Shown: in pieces, positions 1 through 11,128 of the stretch | Layout of the letters: every line of letters begins with the position of its first letter | Numbering within the stretch: position 1 is the first letter of the stretch | Assembly (NCBI GenBank): GCA_033854115.1 | Contig: JAWOKS010000008.1 | Span: 9,828-73,827 of the forward strand | Direction: 5' to 3' | From: Thermoplasmata archaeon | GTDB lineage: Archaea > Thermoplasmatota > Thermoplasmata > Lutacidiplasmatales > UBA184 | Length of the DNA: 64,000 nt | Made by a program: the position numbers and the translations under genes | The notes under the pieces: generated by a model | What the model was told of the DNA's origin: nothing | The model's input: only the letters and a program-made list of their open reading frames with translations | The model's database searches: none

Positions 1-2634
<2,634 letters not shown>

Positions 2635-2641
2635 GGTCCGC

Positions 2642-3364
2642 TCACGGCGGCAGAAGGGTCGTGACCGTCGCGACCAGGCGCTCGAGGACGTGGGCCTGGA
2701 TCTTGCGACCAAGCTCCGCGCTCGCCGGACGGGTGTCGCCGATGACGCTCTCGGGCCAGTCGGCCTCGGAGGGGCTGCCGGGCACGAACGGGCTGTGGCG
2801 GTAGGCGACCTGCGGCCGCTCGGGGCCGACCGTACCGGGGGCGATCGCGAGGACGCGCGACGTCTCGAGCAGGCCCCCGTGACCGTCGTCGGGGGGCGCG
2901 TCGACGCCGCGCAGCTCGTAGACGAAGTCGTAGTCCGAGAGGACCACGACCCGGCAGCCGGGATGCTCCCGCATCGTCCGGTCGCCGGCCTCCCGCAGCG
3001 CGGCCATGTGCCCGCGCTCGGCGTGGCCGGAGAGGACTAGGAGGCGGCGAACGCCCGTCCGGGCGAGCTCGCCGAGTACCCCCGCGACATGCTCCTCGAG
3101 CTCGGCGATGCGGAGCGACACGGTCCCCGGGAACTTCCGGGCCCCCGGGGCCGAGCCGTAGGGGATCGTCGGGGCGACGAGCCCGTCGAGCCGGGCCGCG
3201 AGGGCGAGCGAGGTCGCCTCGGCCTGGATCTGGTCGGCGCCGAGCGGGAGGTGCGGCCCGTGCGCTTCGAGCGCGCCGACGGGCACGATCACGAGCGGGT
3301 TCGAGGCCAGGCGCCGCTCGAACGAGCGCGAGTCGAGCTCGTGGAGACGGTAGGAGGAGGACAC
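2642..3364 (-). CDS. Creatininase-family amidohydrolase
   Basis: The 240-aa ORF has the family metal-ligand block [18 protein letters not shown], followed by [11 protein letters not shown]. Its stop lies 8 nt upstream of the uvrA start on the same strand. Confidence 0.75.
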   Translation of the reverse strand: MSSSYRLHELDSRSFERRLASNPLVIVPVGALEAHGPHLPLGADQIQAEATSLALAARLDGLVAPTIPYGSAPGARKFPGTVSLRIAELEEHVAGVLGELARTGVRRLLVLSGHAERGHMAALREAGDRTMREHPGCRVVVLSDYDFVYELRGVDAPPDDGHGGLLETSRVLAIAPGTVGPERPQVAYRHSPFVPGSPSEADWPESVIGDTRPASAELGRKIQAHVLERLVATVTTLLPP

Positions 3365-3447
3365 ACCGCTTCGAGCGGGAGAGCGTATTTAACGCGCGGC
3401 GCGAGGTCGGGGAACGCCTCGGCGCGACGACCCGCGGCGACGCCGTC

Positions 3448-5952
3448 TTAGGTCGCGGACGAGTGCCGTGAGGCTTCGCCCTCGGGGTGGGCCGACGCCT
3501 CGGTGGGAGCCTCCCCTTCGACCGCCGGCGCCCTCGACGCCCGCGGGGAGCGGACCCGCGCGGCCGGTGCGCCAGCGCGCGCCGGTCGCTTGCGCGCCGT
3601 GGGCGTTCCCGCGGGCGCCTTCGCGCTCCGGGCCTTCTTCGCGGCCGCCGGGGCGGGCGCGGCCGGCTTCGCGCGGGACGGGCACGCCGGGTTGATGCAG
3701 AGCGTCCAGGGAGGGCGCCCGGCCTCGATCGCGGTGACGATGGGGGCCCGGCACTCGGGACAGGGAGGCTGGTCCTTCTCGAGCTTGCCCCGCTGGGGCA
3801 AGGGGTAGGTCACGCGGCACTCGGGGTACCCCGTGCACCCGACGAACCGCTTCCCCGCGAACGAGTAGCGGATCTCGAGCGGGCGGCCGCAGGTCGGGCA
3901 GACGCCGATGCGGAACGCGCGGTGGTGCTCCGCGCAGTCCGGGTTGATGCAGTAGAGGTCGGGCCGCTGCCCGCGGAAGACGATCTTCACCCTCGGGACC
4001 TTGCAAGTTCCGCACAGGAACTCCGGGGCAGGCTCGATGAAGCCGGCGGCCGGCAGCGCGAAGGTCGTAGTGCACGAGCTCGGGTTGTTGACGCACTGGA
4101 CCCAGCGCGAGCCGCGCGGGCTCCGGGCGAGGCGGAGCGCGCCCCCGCACTTCGGGCACGGTCCGACGAAATGCTGGCGGTCGAGCGCGGTCGTGAGGGT
4201 CTGCCGTACCCCCGCCGAGTTCGCGGAGAGGAGAGCGAACGCGTCCCGCAGCATATCCCGCGAGTCGCGCAGGACCTCCTCCTTCGGCTTCTTCGACTCC
4301 GCGACGAGCTCCATCTCCTCCTCGAGGCGATGGGTCATCTCCGGGCGGGTGATCAGGGGCGCGTGGGCGCGCAGCGCCTCCGTGACGGCGACCCCCGTGG
4401 AGGTCGGCTCGAGCTGACGCGCGGAGACGTAGTGGCGGTCGAACAGCTTCTGGAGGACGTCGTGCCGGGTGCTCTTCGTGCCGAGGCCGAGCCGCTCCAT
4501 CTCCTGGACGAGCGAGCCCTGCGTGAACCGGCGGGGGGGTTTCGTCCGGTCCTCCTTGAGGTCGACCGACTCGATGGCGACCGCCTGGCCGACCTCGAGC
4601 ACCGGCATCGTGGCCTCGTCCGGCTGCGTGTAGGGGTAGATCCGGTACCAGCCGGGGTCGACGACCCGGCGTCCCTCGCCCTCGAACCGCTCGCCCGAGA
4701 TCTCGACCGCAACCGTGCGCTTCCAGCCGACCGCGTCGGGCGCGAGCGTCGCGAGGAACCGGCGGACGACCAGCTCGTAGAGCCGGGCGGGCTCGGGCCG
4801 GAGCTTCTTCGGGTCGACGGCGGCCGTCGGGTAGATCGGCGGATGGTCGGTCGTCTCGGTCCGACCGCGCGTGGGTCGGAGCGACGGCTGGGCGAGGACG
4901 AGCTCGGCGGCGCCCGCGAACGGTCCCTCGCGGAACTTCTCCGCGAGGGTCCGGAGCCCGAGGCCGCGCGGGTAGACCGTGTTGTCCGTCCTCGGGTAGC
5001 TGATGAGGCCCTGGGTGTAGAGGTCCTCCGCTAGGCGCATGGCGTACGCGGCGCCGAAGCCGAGACGGCTCGCCTCGGCGACGAAGAGGGTCGTGGAGAA
5101 CGGGATCGGGGGCCTCCGCCGGGTCTCCTCCTCCTGGAACGCGCGGACGGTTCCGGTCCGGGCGTCGCGGACGCGCGCGTAGACGAGGTCCGCCTCGTCG
5201 CGCTTCTCCCAGATCCCGTGCGCGTGGCGCAGCGCGAACGTCTCGCCGGCGTGCGCGCCGGTCGCGACGATCTCCCAGAACGGCGTCGGCTCGAACTCCT
5301 TGATCTCCTGGTCCCGCTCGACGAGGAGCGCGAGCGTCGGGGTCTGGACCCGGCCGACGGAAAGGAAGCTCCGCCCGCGCTGGTTCGCGGTGAGCGAGAG
5401 GTAGCGCGTGAGGAGCGCGCCCCAGACGAGGTCGATCTCCTGGCGGGTCTCGCCGGCCTCGGCGAGCGCGCGGTCGACCTCGGCGAGGTGCGCGAAGCTC
5501 TGGTCGATCTCGTCCCGGGTGAGCGCGCTGTAGCGGGCGCGCTTCACCTCGATGGTCGGGTGGACCTTCTGAAGGAGCTCGAGGCACTCGAGGCCGATGA
5601 GTTCCCCCTCCCGGTCGAAGTCCGTCGCGAGGATCACGCGGTCGTGGTCGCGGACGATCTCCTGGAGGGTCGCGACGATCCCGCGCTCGGTGACGCGCTT
5701 CTCGGGCGTCGTCTCGAGCAGCCTCGGCAACCCCGCCACCGTCCACTCGGCGAGCTCCTTCGGGTAGTCGAGCTCGACGATGTGGCCCCGCAGCCCGACG
5801 ACCGAGTAGGGTCCTTCCGCGCGCTCGAACGTGAAGACGGGGGTGCCGCCGATGCGCGTGCGCTTCATGCGCCCGTCGGACAGCACGATCGCGATCCGGA
5901 GGGCGGTGTTGAACTTCTCGGTGACCACGAGGGTGCGCATGGGGGCCTTCAT
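3448..5952 (-). CDS. topA: DNA topoisomerase I (type IA) with C-terminal zinc ribbons
   Basis: Toprim region (VVTEKFNTALRIA, ATDFDREGE). Active-site Tyr motif QGLISYPRTDN. Several C-terminal CxxC pairs (CPKCGG, CGTCK, CPTCGR, CPECR). A TATA-like TTTATCTA (minus-strand reading of 5968-5975) fits a leaderless start better at the in-frame ATG 5940 (MRTLVVTEK) than at 5952. Confidence 0.93.
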   Translation of the reverse strand: MKAPMRTLVVTEKFNTALRIAIVLSDGRMKRTRIGGTPVFTFERAEGPYSVVGLRGHIVELDYPKELAEWTVAGLPRLLETTPEKRVTERGIVATLQEIVRDHDRVILATDFDREGELIGLECLELLQKVHPTIEVKRARYSALTRDEIDQSFAHLAEVDRALAEAGETRQEIDLVWGALLTRYLSLTANQRGRSFLSVGRVQTPTLALLVERDQEIKEFEPTPFWEIVATGAHAGETFALRHAHGIWEKRDEADLVYARVRDARTGTVRAFQEEETRRRPPIPFSTTLFVAEASRLGFGAAYAMRLAEDLYTQGLISYPRTDNTVYPRGLGLRTLAEKFREGPFAGAAELVLAQPSLRPTRGRTETTDHPPIYPTAAVDPKKLRPEPARLYELVVRRFLATLAPDAVGWKRTVAVEISGERFEGEGRRVVDPGWYRIYPYTQPDEATMPVLEVGQAVAIESVDLKEDRTKPPRRFTQGSLVQEMERLGLGTKSTRHDVLQKLFDRHYVSARQLEPTSTGVAVTEALRAHAPLITRPEMTHRLEEEMELVAESKKPKEEVLRDSRDMLRDAFALLSANSAGVRQTLTTALDRQHFVGPCPKCGGALRLARSPRGSRWVQCVNNPSSCTTTFALPAAGFIEPAPEFLCGTCKVPRVKIVFRGQRPDLYCINPDCAEHHRAFRIGVCPTCGRPLEIRYSFAGKRFVGCTGYPECRVTYPLPQRGKLEKDQPPCPECRAPIVTAIEAGRPPWTLCINPACPSRAKPAAPAPAAAKKARSAKAPAGTPTARKRPARAGAPAARVRSPRASRAPAVEGEAPTEASAHPEGEASRHSSAT

Positions 5953-6190
5953 TCAGGCGGGCCGCGGTAGATAAACCGACCGCCCCTCGCCGTGACGCGA
6001 CCGCCTTCGAACGTGGGCGCGCGCGTTCGACCGGTCGATCGTCGGGCCGGACCCCCGGGTCGCGACCGACCCCTCTCCCTCGGACCTCGCTCCTGCGTCG
6101 CCCTCCGGGGGGCCGGAGCGGAGCCCGCGGCGGACGGGGGACCGGCCGGCTTATCGCGGGCGGAACGGTGGGCGGCTCCCGGGGGTCCGC

Positions 6191-7120
6191 GTGATCGACC
6201 TCGAGGAGCTCACCAAACGGTTTGGCGACGTGGTCGCGGTCGACGGCCTCACGCTCCACGTGAACGAGGGGGAGATCTTTGGCTTCCTCGGACCCAACGG
6301 CGCGGGCAAGACGACCACCGTACGGATGCTCACGGGTCTCATCTCGAAGACGAGCGGCGAGGCCCGCGTGGGGGGCTTCGAGATCGGCCGGGAGGAGGAC
6401 CGGATGAAGATCCGGGGGATGGTCGGCCTGCTGCCGGAGAACGTCGGCCTCATCGAGGAGCTGAGCCCGGTGCGCAACCTCGACTTCTACGGCCGGCTCT
6501 ACGATTGCCCCGACGACCGACGGCGCGCGAACATCGAGCGGCTGCTCACGATGCTCGACCTCTGGGACCAGCGCGACCGGCCCGTGGCGACGTTCTCGAA
6601 GGGGATGAAGCAGAAGGTCGCGGTCGCGCGCGCGCTCGTCCACGATCCCCGCGTGCTGTTCCTCGACGAGCCGACGGCCAACCTCGACCCTGAGGCGACC
6701 CGGACCGTGCGCGACGTCATCCTCCAGCTGAAGCGCGAGGACCGGACGATCGTCCTCACCACCCACAACCTGTACGAGGCGCAGCGCATCTGCGACCGGG
6801 TGGCGATCGTGAAATCGAAGCTCGTGACGGTCGGCTCGCCGGACGAGCTCCGCTCACGGTTCCCTTCGGTCCGCACGGTCCTCCGGCTTGAGCGCGTGAC
6901 CGAGCCGGTCCTGGCGGCCGTGCGCGCGAGGATCGGGACCCGCTCCATCGTCGCCGAGGGCAACAGCCTGATCGTCGGGGTGTCCGACCCGGCACGGGAG
7001 AACCCGGACCTGGTCGAGGCCGTGGTCGCGGCGGGGGGCCGGGTCCAGCAGGTGACGGAGCTCGAGCCCTCGCTCGAGGACGCCTACCTGAGCCTCGTCC
7101 ACCAGGGCGAAGGGGGGTAG
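6191..7120 (+). CDS. ABC transporter ATP-binding protein (ABC-2 type)
   Basis: Walker A GPNGAGKTTT, signature FSKGMKQKV, Walker B LFLDEPT. GTG start. Stop lies 1 nt before the permease gene start. Confidence 0.9.
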   Translation: MIDLEELTKRFGDVVAVDGLTLHVNEGEIFGFLGPNGAGKTTTVRMLTGLISKTSGEARVGGFEIGREEDRMKIRGMVGLLPENVGLIEELSPVRNLDFYGRLYDCPDDRRRANIERLLTMLDLWDQRDRPVATFSKGMKQKVAVARALVHDPRVLFLDEPTANLDPEATRTVRDVILQLKREDRTIVLTTHNLYEAQRICDRVAIVKSKLVTVGSPDELRSRFPSVRTVLRLERVTEPVLAAVRARIGTRSIVAEGNSLIVGVSDPARENPDLVEAVVAAGGRVQQVTELEPSLEDAYLSLVHQGEGG

Positions 7121-7121
7121 C

Positions 7122-7859
7122 ATGAGGTTCGCCAAGGTCTGGGTCGTCGCCCGCAAGGACCTCGCGGTCTTCCGTCAGAAGAAGAGCATCCTCTACACGG
7201 TCGCCGCCGCGCCACTCCTCATCGGCATCGGCCTCCCGATGGTGCTCCGGTTCGCCGGCGCGAGGAGCGGGGGCATCCCCCCGGTGGCCCTCCCCCCGCT
7301 CCTCGACTCGTTCGCCTTCTTCTTCGTGATCTGGGTCGTGACGCTGCCCGCGGCGATCGCCTCCTACTCCCTCGTCGGAGAGAAGGTGGAGCGGAGCCTC
7401 GAGCCGCTGCTCGCGACCCCCACGACCACGGGGGAGATCCTGATGGGGAAGAGCGTCGCCGCGTTCTTTCCGCCGATCGTCTCGGTCTATCTCGGCCAGA
7501 TCGTCTTCATGGTGCTCTCCGACGCGTTCACCGTCGGGAGCCTCGGCTACCTCTACTATCCCAACTGGACGATGGCCGTCGTGCTCTTCGCGGTGACCCC
7601 CCTCGCGTGCCTGCTCGGCGTGGAGAGCAGCGTCTTCATCTCGTCCCGCGTCGCCGACCTCCGCGTGGCGCAGCAGCTCTCCGGTCTCCTCGTGCTTCCG
7701 TTCGCGGCCCTCTACGTGGCCGGGGAGATCGGGGCGGTCCCGCTGCACGCGACGAACCTCCTCGTCATCGCGGGCGCCCTCGCGATCATCGATGTGCTGC
7801 TCTTCTTCGTCACCCGCTCGGTCTTCCGTCGCGAGGAGATCCTGACCCGGTGGAAGTGA
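7122..7859 (+). CDS. ABC-2 family transporter permease
   Basis: 245-aa polytopic hydrophobic protein, about 6 TM by eye. It immediately follows the ATPase gene. Confidence 0.75.
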   Translation: MRFAKVWVVARKDLAVFRQKKSILYTVAAAPLLIGIGLPMVLRFAGARSGGIPPVALPPLLDSFAFFFVIWVVTLPAAIASYSLVGEKVERSLEPLLATPTTTGEILMGKSVAAFFPPIVSVYLGQIVFMVLSDAFTVGSLGYLYYPNWTMAVVLFAVTPLACLLGVESSVFISSRVADLRVAQQLSGLLVLPFAALYVAGEIGAVPLHATNLLVIAGALAIIDVLLFFVTRSVFRREEILTRWK

Positions 7860-7926
7860 CGCCGTCGAGGAGCCCGAGGAGGCGCCCGGACCGTGAGGGC
7901 CCGCTGACCCCGCGGCCGGAGCGGCC

Positions 7927-8154
7927 ATGCTGAGGATCCTCACCGCAGGTCGGATCCACCCGCCTCTCCCGTGGGAACTGTTCGTTGCCCTCGGGGGTGG
8001 GTTCCTCCTCGCCTCGGGGCTCCTCGTCGTGACCCTGCCCCGTGCGCCGTACGCCGAGCTGGAACAGGCCGAGATGGGGCTGTTCGCCGCCGCGGGGCTC
8101 GCACTTCTCTTCTTCGGCCTCTACCGGCGCCGCTCGAGCCGGGCGAGAAGGTAG
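7927..8154 (+). CDS. Small 2-TM membrane protein (hypothetical)
   Basis: 75-aa ORF with two hydrophobic stretches and a basic C-terminus. No family recognised. Confidence 0.35.
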   Translation: MLRILTAGRIHPPLPWELFVALGGGFLLASGLLVVTLPRAPYAELEQAEMGLFAAAGLALLFFGLYRRRSSRARR

Positions 8155-8242
8155 CAGGGGGCACCTCCGCCACGCCGGGGCACCGAACGGTTTCGGTTCG
8201 TCGCTTAGCAGGGAACGGAAGGTCCGCTGCCGAGGACGTGCC

Positions 8243-8521
8243 ATGACCGATCTCTCCCGCCCGAGGGCCACCGCTACGACCAGCGAGCGCGAAGTGGACG
8301 TTCGCGCGACGCCGCCGGCCGAGCGCCACCCCCGCATCTGGCAGGCGTACGCGGAGCTAGGAAGCGGGGAGTCGTTCGTGCTGGTGAACGACCACGACCC
8401 GAAGCCGCTCTACTACCAGTTCCAGGCGGAGCAGGCGGGGCGGTTCACCTGGGAGTACCTCGAGAAAGGTCCGGTCGACTGGCGTGTCCGGATCGGACGC
8501 CCCGCCGCTCCGATGGCCTAA
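8243..8521 (+). CDS. DUF2249-domain protein
   Basis: The ATG at 8243 inside track ORF 8042..8521 gives MTDLSRPR...HPRIWQAYAELGSGESFVLVNDHDPKPLYYQFQAEQAGRFTWEYLEKGPVDWRVRI. This is the typical DUF2249 pattern (xxHDPxPL, W.Y.e.GP..w). Confidence 0.7.
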   Translation: MTDLSRPRATATTSEREVDVRATPPAERHPRIWQAYAELGSGESFVLVNDHDPKPLYYQFQAEQAGRFTWEYLEKGPVDWRVRIGRPAAPMA

Positions 8522-8609
8522 CAACACCGAGCGCATCCCCGCCCCGGACGACGGCCGGCCCTCTCACGACGGAGCGGGCCGGCGCCCGAGGTCTGACGAG
8601 CAGGTTCCC

Positions 8610-9725
8610 GTGACCCCGAGAAGTCGGCTGCGCTTCCTCGCGATGGCCGTCACCTTGGCGGCGCTCGCCCTCGGCCTATGGACGGCGCTCGATCTGATCG
8701 GCTGGAGGGTCGCGCCGATCGCCGCTGCTCTTCCCGGGGCGCACGGCGTCCTGATGGTCAACGGGGTGCTCGCGAGCCTGATCGGGGTCGAACGCGCGGT
8801 CGCGCTCGGCCGTCGGCCCTACTACGCCGCTCCGCTCCTCACCGCCTTCGCCTCGGTCGGCCTCGCCCTCGGCACGACCCCGAAGCTCGCCTTCGAGGGC
8901 GTGACGGCCGGAGCGGCCGCCCTCCTCGTCCTGTTCGCGATCATCCTGCGTCGGCAGCCGGCCCTCTACACGGCCACGATGGCGCTCGGGGCCGCGTGCC
9001 TCGTGGTCGGGGACTACTTCGGCTCGGGAGGCACCGCGATTTTCGAGCTGATCCCGTGGTGGGGGTCGTTCCTCGTCCTCGTCATCGCCGCGGAGAGGCT
9101 CGAGCTGACGAGGGTGGTCCGCCAGACCGCGTTCAACCGGGGGCTCTTCGCCTTCACGGCCGCTCTCGGGCCGCTCGGTGCCGCGATCTCGACCGTTGCC
9201 TTCTCAACCGGCTTCATGCTCGCCGCCGCCGGCTGGCTGCTCGTCGCCGTCTGGCTGATCTTCCACGACCTCGCCTGGTGGAACCTTGACCGAGCCGGGC
9301 TCCCGCGATTCACGGCGGTGAGCCTCCTGCTCGGGTTCGCCTGGCTCCTCGTCGGAGGGGGGCTGATCCTGATCGACGGAGGAGTGCTCGCCGGGCTCGC
9401 CTACGACGCCGGTCTCCACGCGATCTTCCTCGGCTTCGTCCTCTCGCTCGTCTTCGCCCACGCTCTTGTGATCGTCCCGGCCGTCCTCGGGCGACCGATC
9501 CCGTTCCACGCCGTGCTGTACGTCCCGGTCGGGATGCTCGAGCTCTCGCTCGTGGCCCGCGTCTACGCGGACCTCGCGAACGATCCGGTCCTTCGGGAGT
9601 GGGCCGGTCTCTTCAACGTCGGAGCGATCGTCCTGTTCGGCGCCCTTCTTCCGGCCCTCTATCTGCGCGGCCGCTCCGTCCTCGCGGACGCGGTCCCGCT
9701 CGAGCTTCCGATGGTCCACCCCTGA
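8610..9725 (+). CDS. Polytopic membrane protein, about 10-12 TM (possibly NnrS-like; family uncertain)
   Basis: The track ORF 8484..9725 overlaps the DUF2249 gene. Plausible starts are GTG 8610 or ATG 8643 (MAVTLAALALGLW). It is almost entirely hydrophobic, with conserved-looking His residues in TM segments (GAHGVLMVNG, GLHAIFLGFVLSLVFAH). Confidence 0.6.
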   Translation: MTPRSRLRFLAMAVTLAALALGLWTALDLIGWRVAPIAAALPGAHGVLMVNGVLASLIGVERAVALGRRPYYAAPLLTAFASVGLALGTTPKLAFEGVTAGAAALLVLFAIILRRQPALYTATMALGAACLVVGDYFGSGGTAIFELIPWWGSFLVLVIAAERLELTRVVRQTAFNRGLFAFTAALGPLGAAISTVAFSTGFMLAAAGWLLVAVWLIFHDLAWWNLDRAGLPRFTAVSLLLGFAWLLVGGGLILIDGGVLAGLAYDAGLHAIFLGFVLSLVFAHALVIVPAVLGRPIPFHAVLYVPVGMLELSLVARVYADLANDPVLREWAGLFNVGAIVLFGALLPALYLRGRSVLADAVPLELPMVHP

Positions 9726-9821
9726 GCGGCACCGTCGGGCTCAGGAGCTCCTCCCCCACCTCGGGGGAGCAGGGTCGCGGCCCTCCCCCGCGCGCGGTCG
9801 CGGCGCGACGGTGGCCCGCCG

Positions 9822-9829
9822 TTTTATAA
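9822..9829 (+). promoter_or_regulatory. TATA box for tRNA-Phe
   Basis: TTTTATAA sits in an otherwise GC-rich spacer, centred about 29 nt upstream of the tRNA 5' end. Confidence 0.5.
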
Positions 9830-9854
9830 GCCGCGCGCCGTCGGGGCGGCCGGC

Positions 9855-9928
9855 GCCGCGGTAACTCAGTTTGGGAGAGTGCAAGACTGAAGATCTTGAA
9901 GCCGCCGGTTCAAGCCCGGCCCGCGGCA
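9855..9928 (+). tRNA. tRNA-Phe (anticodon GAA)
   Basis: Hand-folded cloverleaf of 74 nt. Acceptor GCCGCGG/CCGCGGC. D arm ACTC-AGTTTGGGA-GAGT. Anticodon arm CAAGA-CTGAAGA-TCTTG. Variable loop AAGCC. T arm GCCGG-TTCAAGC-CCGGC. Discriminator A. No encoded CCA. Confidence 0.93.
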
Positions 9929-10043
9929 CCTCCCCTCGACGGTTGACCCTCGCGCTCGGCCCCGAGCCCGGCCCCGATCGGACGCGGGGCGCCGCGGGTG
10001 CTCGCCAAACCTTGATTGGGGACAGACCGTCTGCGCCCGGGCG

Positions 10044-10604
10044 ATGGCGACGACGCGACGCTTCGCTCGGCTCGCCCGGTCCGCGGACCGACCGTTCGTC
10101 TACGAGGTCCCGAACGACGGGATGTGCCTCTCGGCTTTCCTCGTGGTCCGGCCCCCGTCGCGACCCCACGAGGTCCTCGTCGGGCGCATGAAAGCGACCG
10201 ACGCCTGGGAGCACGCGGCGGGCGTCCACGCCGACCGTATCCGCTCGACGGGGGACCGATGGGTGCTCCCCGCGTCGCAGCTCGTGTTCTTCGAGAGGCC
10301 GGACGAGGCGGCCCGTCGCATCGCCGCGGAGCAGCTCCACCTCGCGGACCTTCCGCTCGGCTCGCCCCGCGTCTTCTCCGAGGCGTACCCTCGGCGCGAC
10401 GGTCCCCAGGACCCGCACTGGGACCTCCACTTCGTCTACACCGTCGACCGACCGTCGGCCTCCCCGCCACCACGGGGGGAGCTCTGGCAGGAGCTCACCT
10501 ATGTTGACGTCCGCTCCACGCCCGCGTCGGCGTTCGGCCGGGGCCACGGCGACGTGCTCGCGCTCGTCGGCCTCGCCCCCTCGGGGACCGCGACGCCCCT
10601 CTAG
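10044..10604 (+). CDS. NUDIX-fold protein with a degenerate Nudix box
   Basis: 186-aa ORF. The segment FFERPDEAARRIAAEQLHL resembles the Nudix box (E-x7-REUxEExGU) but is degenerate. Confidence 0.45.
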   Translation: MATTRRFARLARSADRPFVYEVPNDGMCLSAFLVVRPPSRPHEVLVGRMKATDAWEHAAGVHADRIRSTGDRWVLPASQLVFFERPDEAARRIAAEQLHLADLPLGSPRVFSEAYPRRDGPQDPHWDLHFVYTVDRPSASPPPRGELWQELTYVDVRSTPASAFGRGHGDVLALVGLAPSGTATPL

Positions 10605-11128
10605 GACCGGTCGGGAACGAACCAGACGTCCGTGACCCGGAAGCTCGGTCGCTCGGCGAACCGGGCGACGACGGGCATCCCCACGTAGATCTCCGACTCG
10701 GTGCAGTCCTTCAGGCGGACGAGGAGAAGGCTCCCGGCCCCGTCGAACTCGACCAGTGCGAGGTTGTACGGGGTCTCGGCGAGGAACGCCTCGCTGCCGA
10801 ACCGGCAGGTCGTCCAGGAATGGACCCGGCCCTTCGCCGGGAGCTCGGTCCACTCGGTCGGGCGGCCGCAGACCATGCAGTGCGACCGCGGGGTCGCGTA
10901 GCGGAAGCCGCAGCGCGCCCCGGTGCACTTCGAGCCGAGGAGCTTCCCTTCCGCGAGCCCGAGGAAGAACGGGGAATCCTCGGCGTAGCTGTGGATGTAC
11001 TCGATCACGTACGGGTCGCGGATGACGAGGCTCTCCTCCCCCTCCCGGTCGCGGAAGATCGCGGAGCCCGTGCGCTGGAGCTCCGCCTGCACGTCGCGGA
11101 ACTTGTCGAAGGTGCTCGGGCGCGCCAT
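10601..11128 (-). CDS. DUF35 family Zn-ribbon/OB-fold protein (thiolase-associated)
   Basis: The ATG at 11128 inside track ORF 10601..11695 gives MARPSTFDKF.... It has a rubredoxin-like ribbon (CTGARCGFRY...HCMVCGRP) followed by an OB-fold tail. The ATGA overlap with the upstream thiolase-like gene suggests translational coupling. Confidence 0.85.
   Translation of the reverse strand: MARPSTFDKFRDVQAELQRTGSAIFRDREGEESLVIRDPYVIEYIHSYAEDSPFFLGLAEGKLLGSKCTGARCGFRYATPRSHCMVCGRPTEWTELPAKGRVHSWTTCRFGSEAFLAETPYNLALVEFDGAGSLLLVRLKDCTESEIYVGMPVVARFAERPSFRVTDVWFVPDRS

Noticed and set aside
3389-6766. 1125-aa minus-strand ORF spanning topA and the ABC ATPase gene
   Set aside because: It is an off-frame read-through of topA (a different frame from the 834-aa product with Toprim and Tyr motifs) and antisense to the ABC ATPase. 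It is R/P/G-rich with no motifs.
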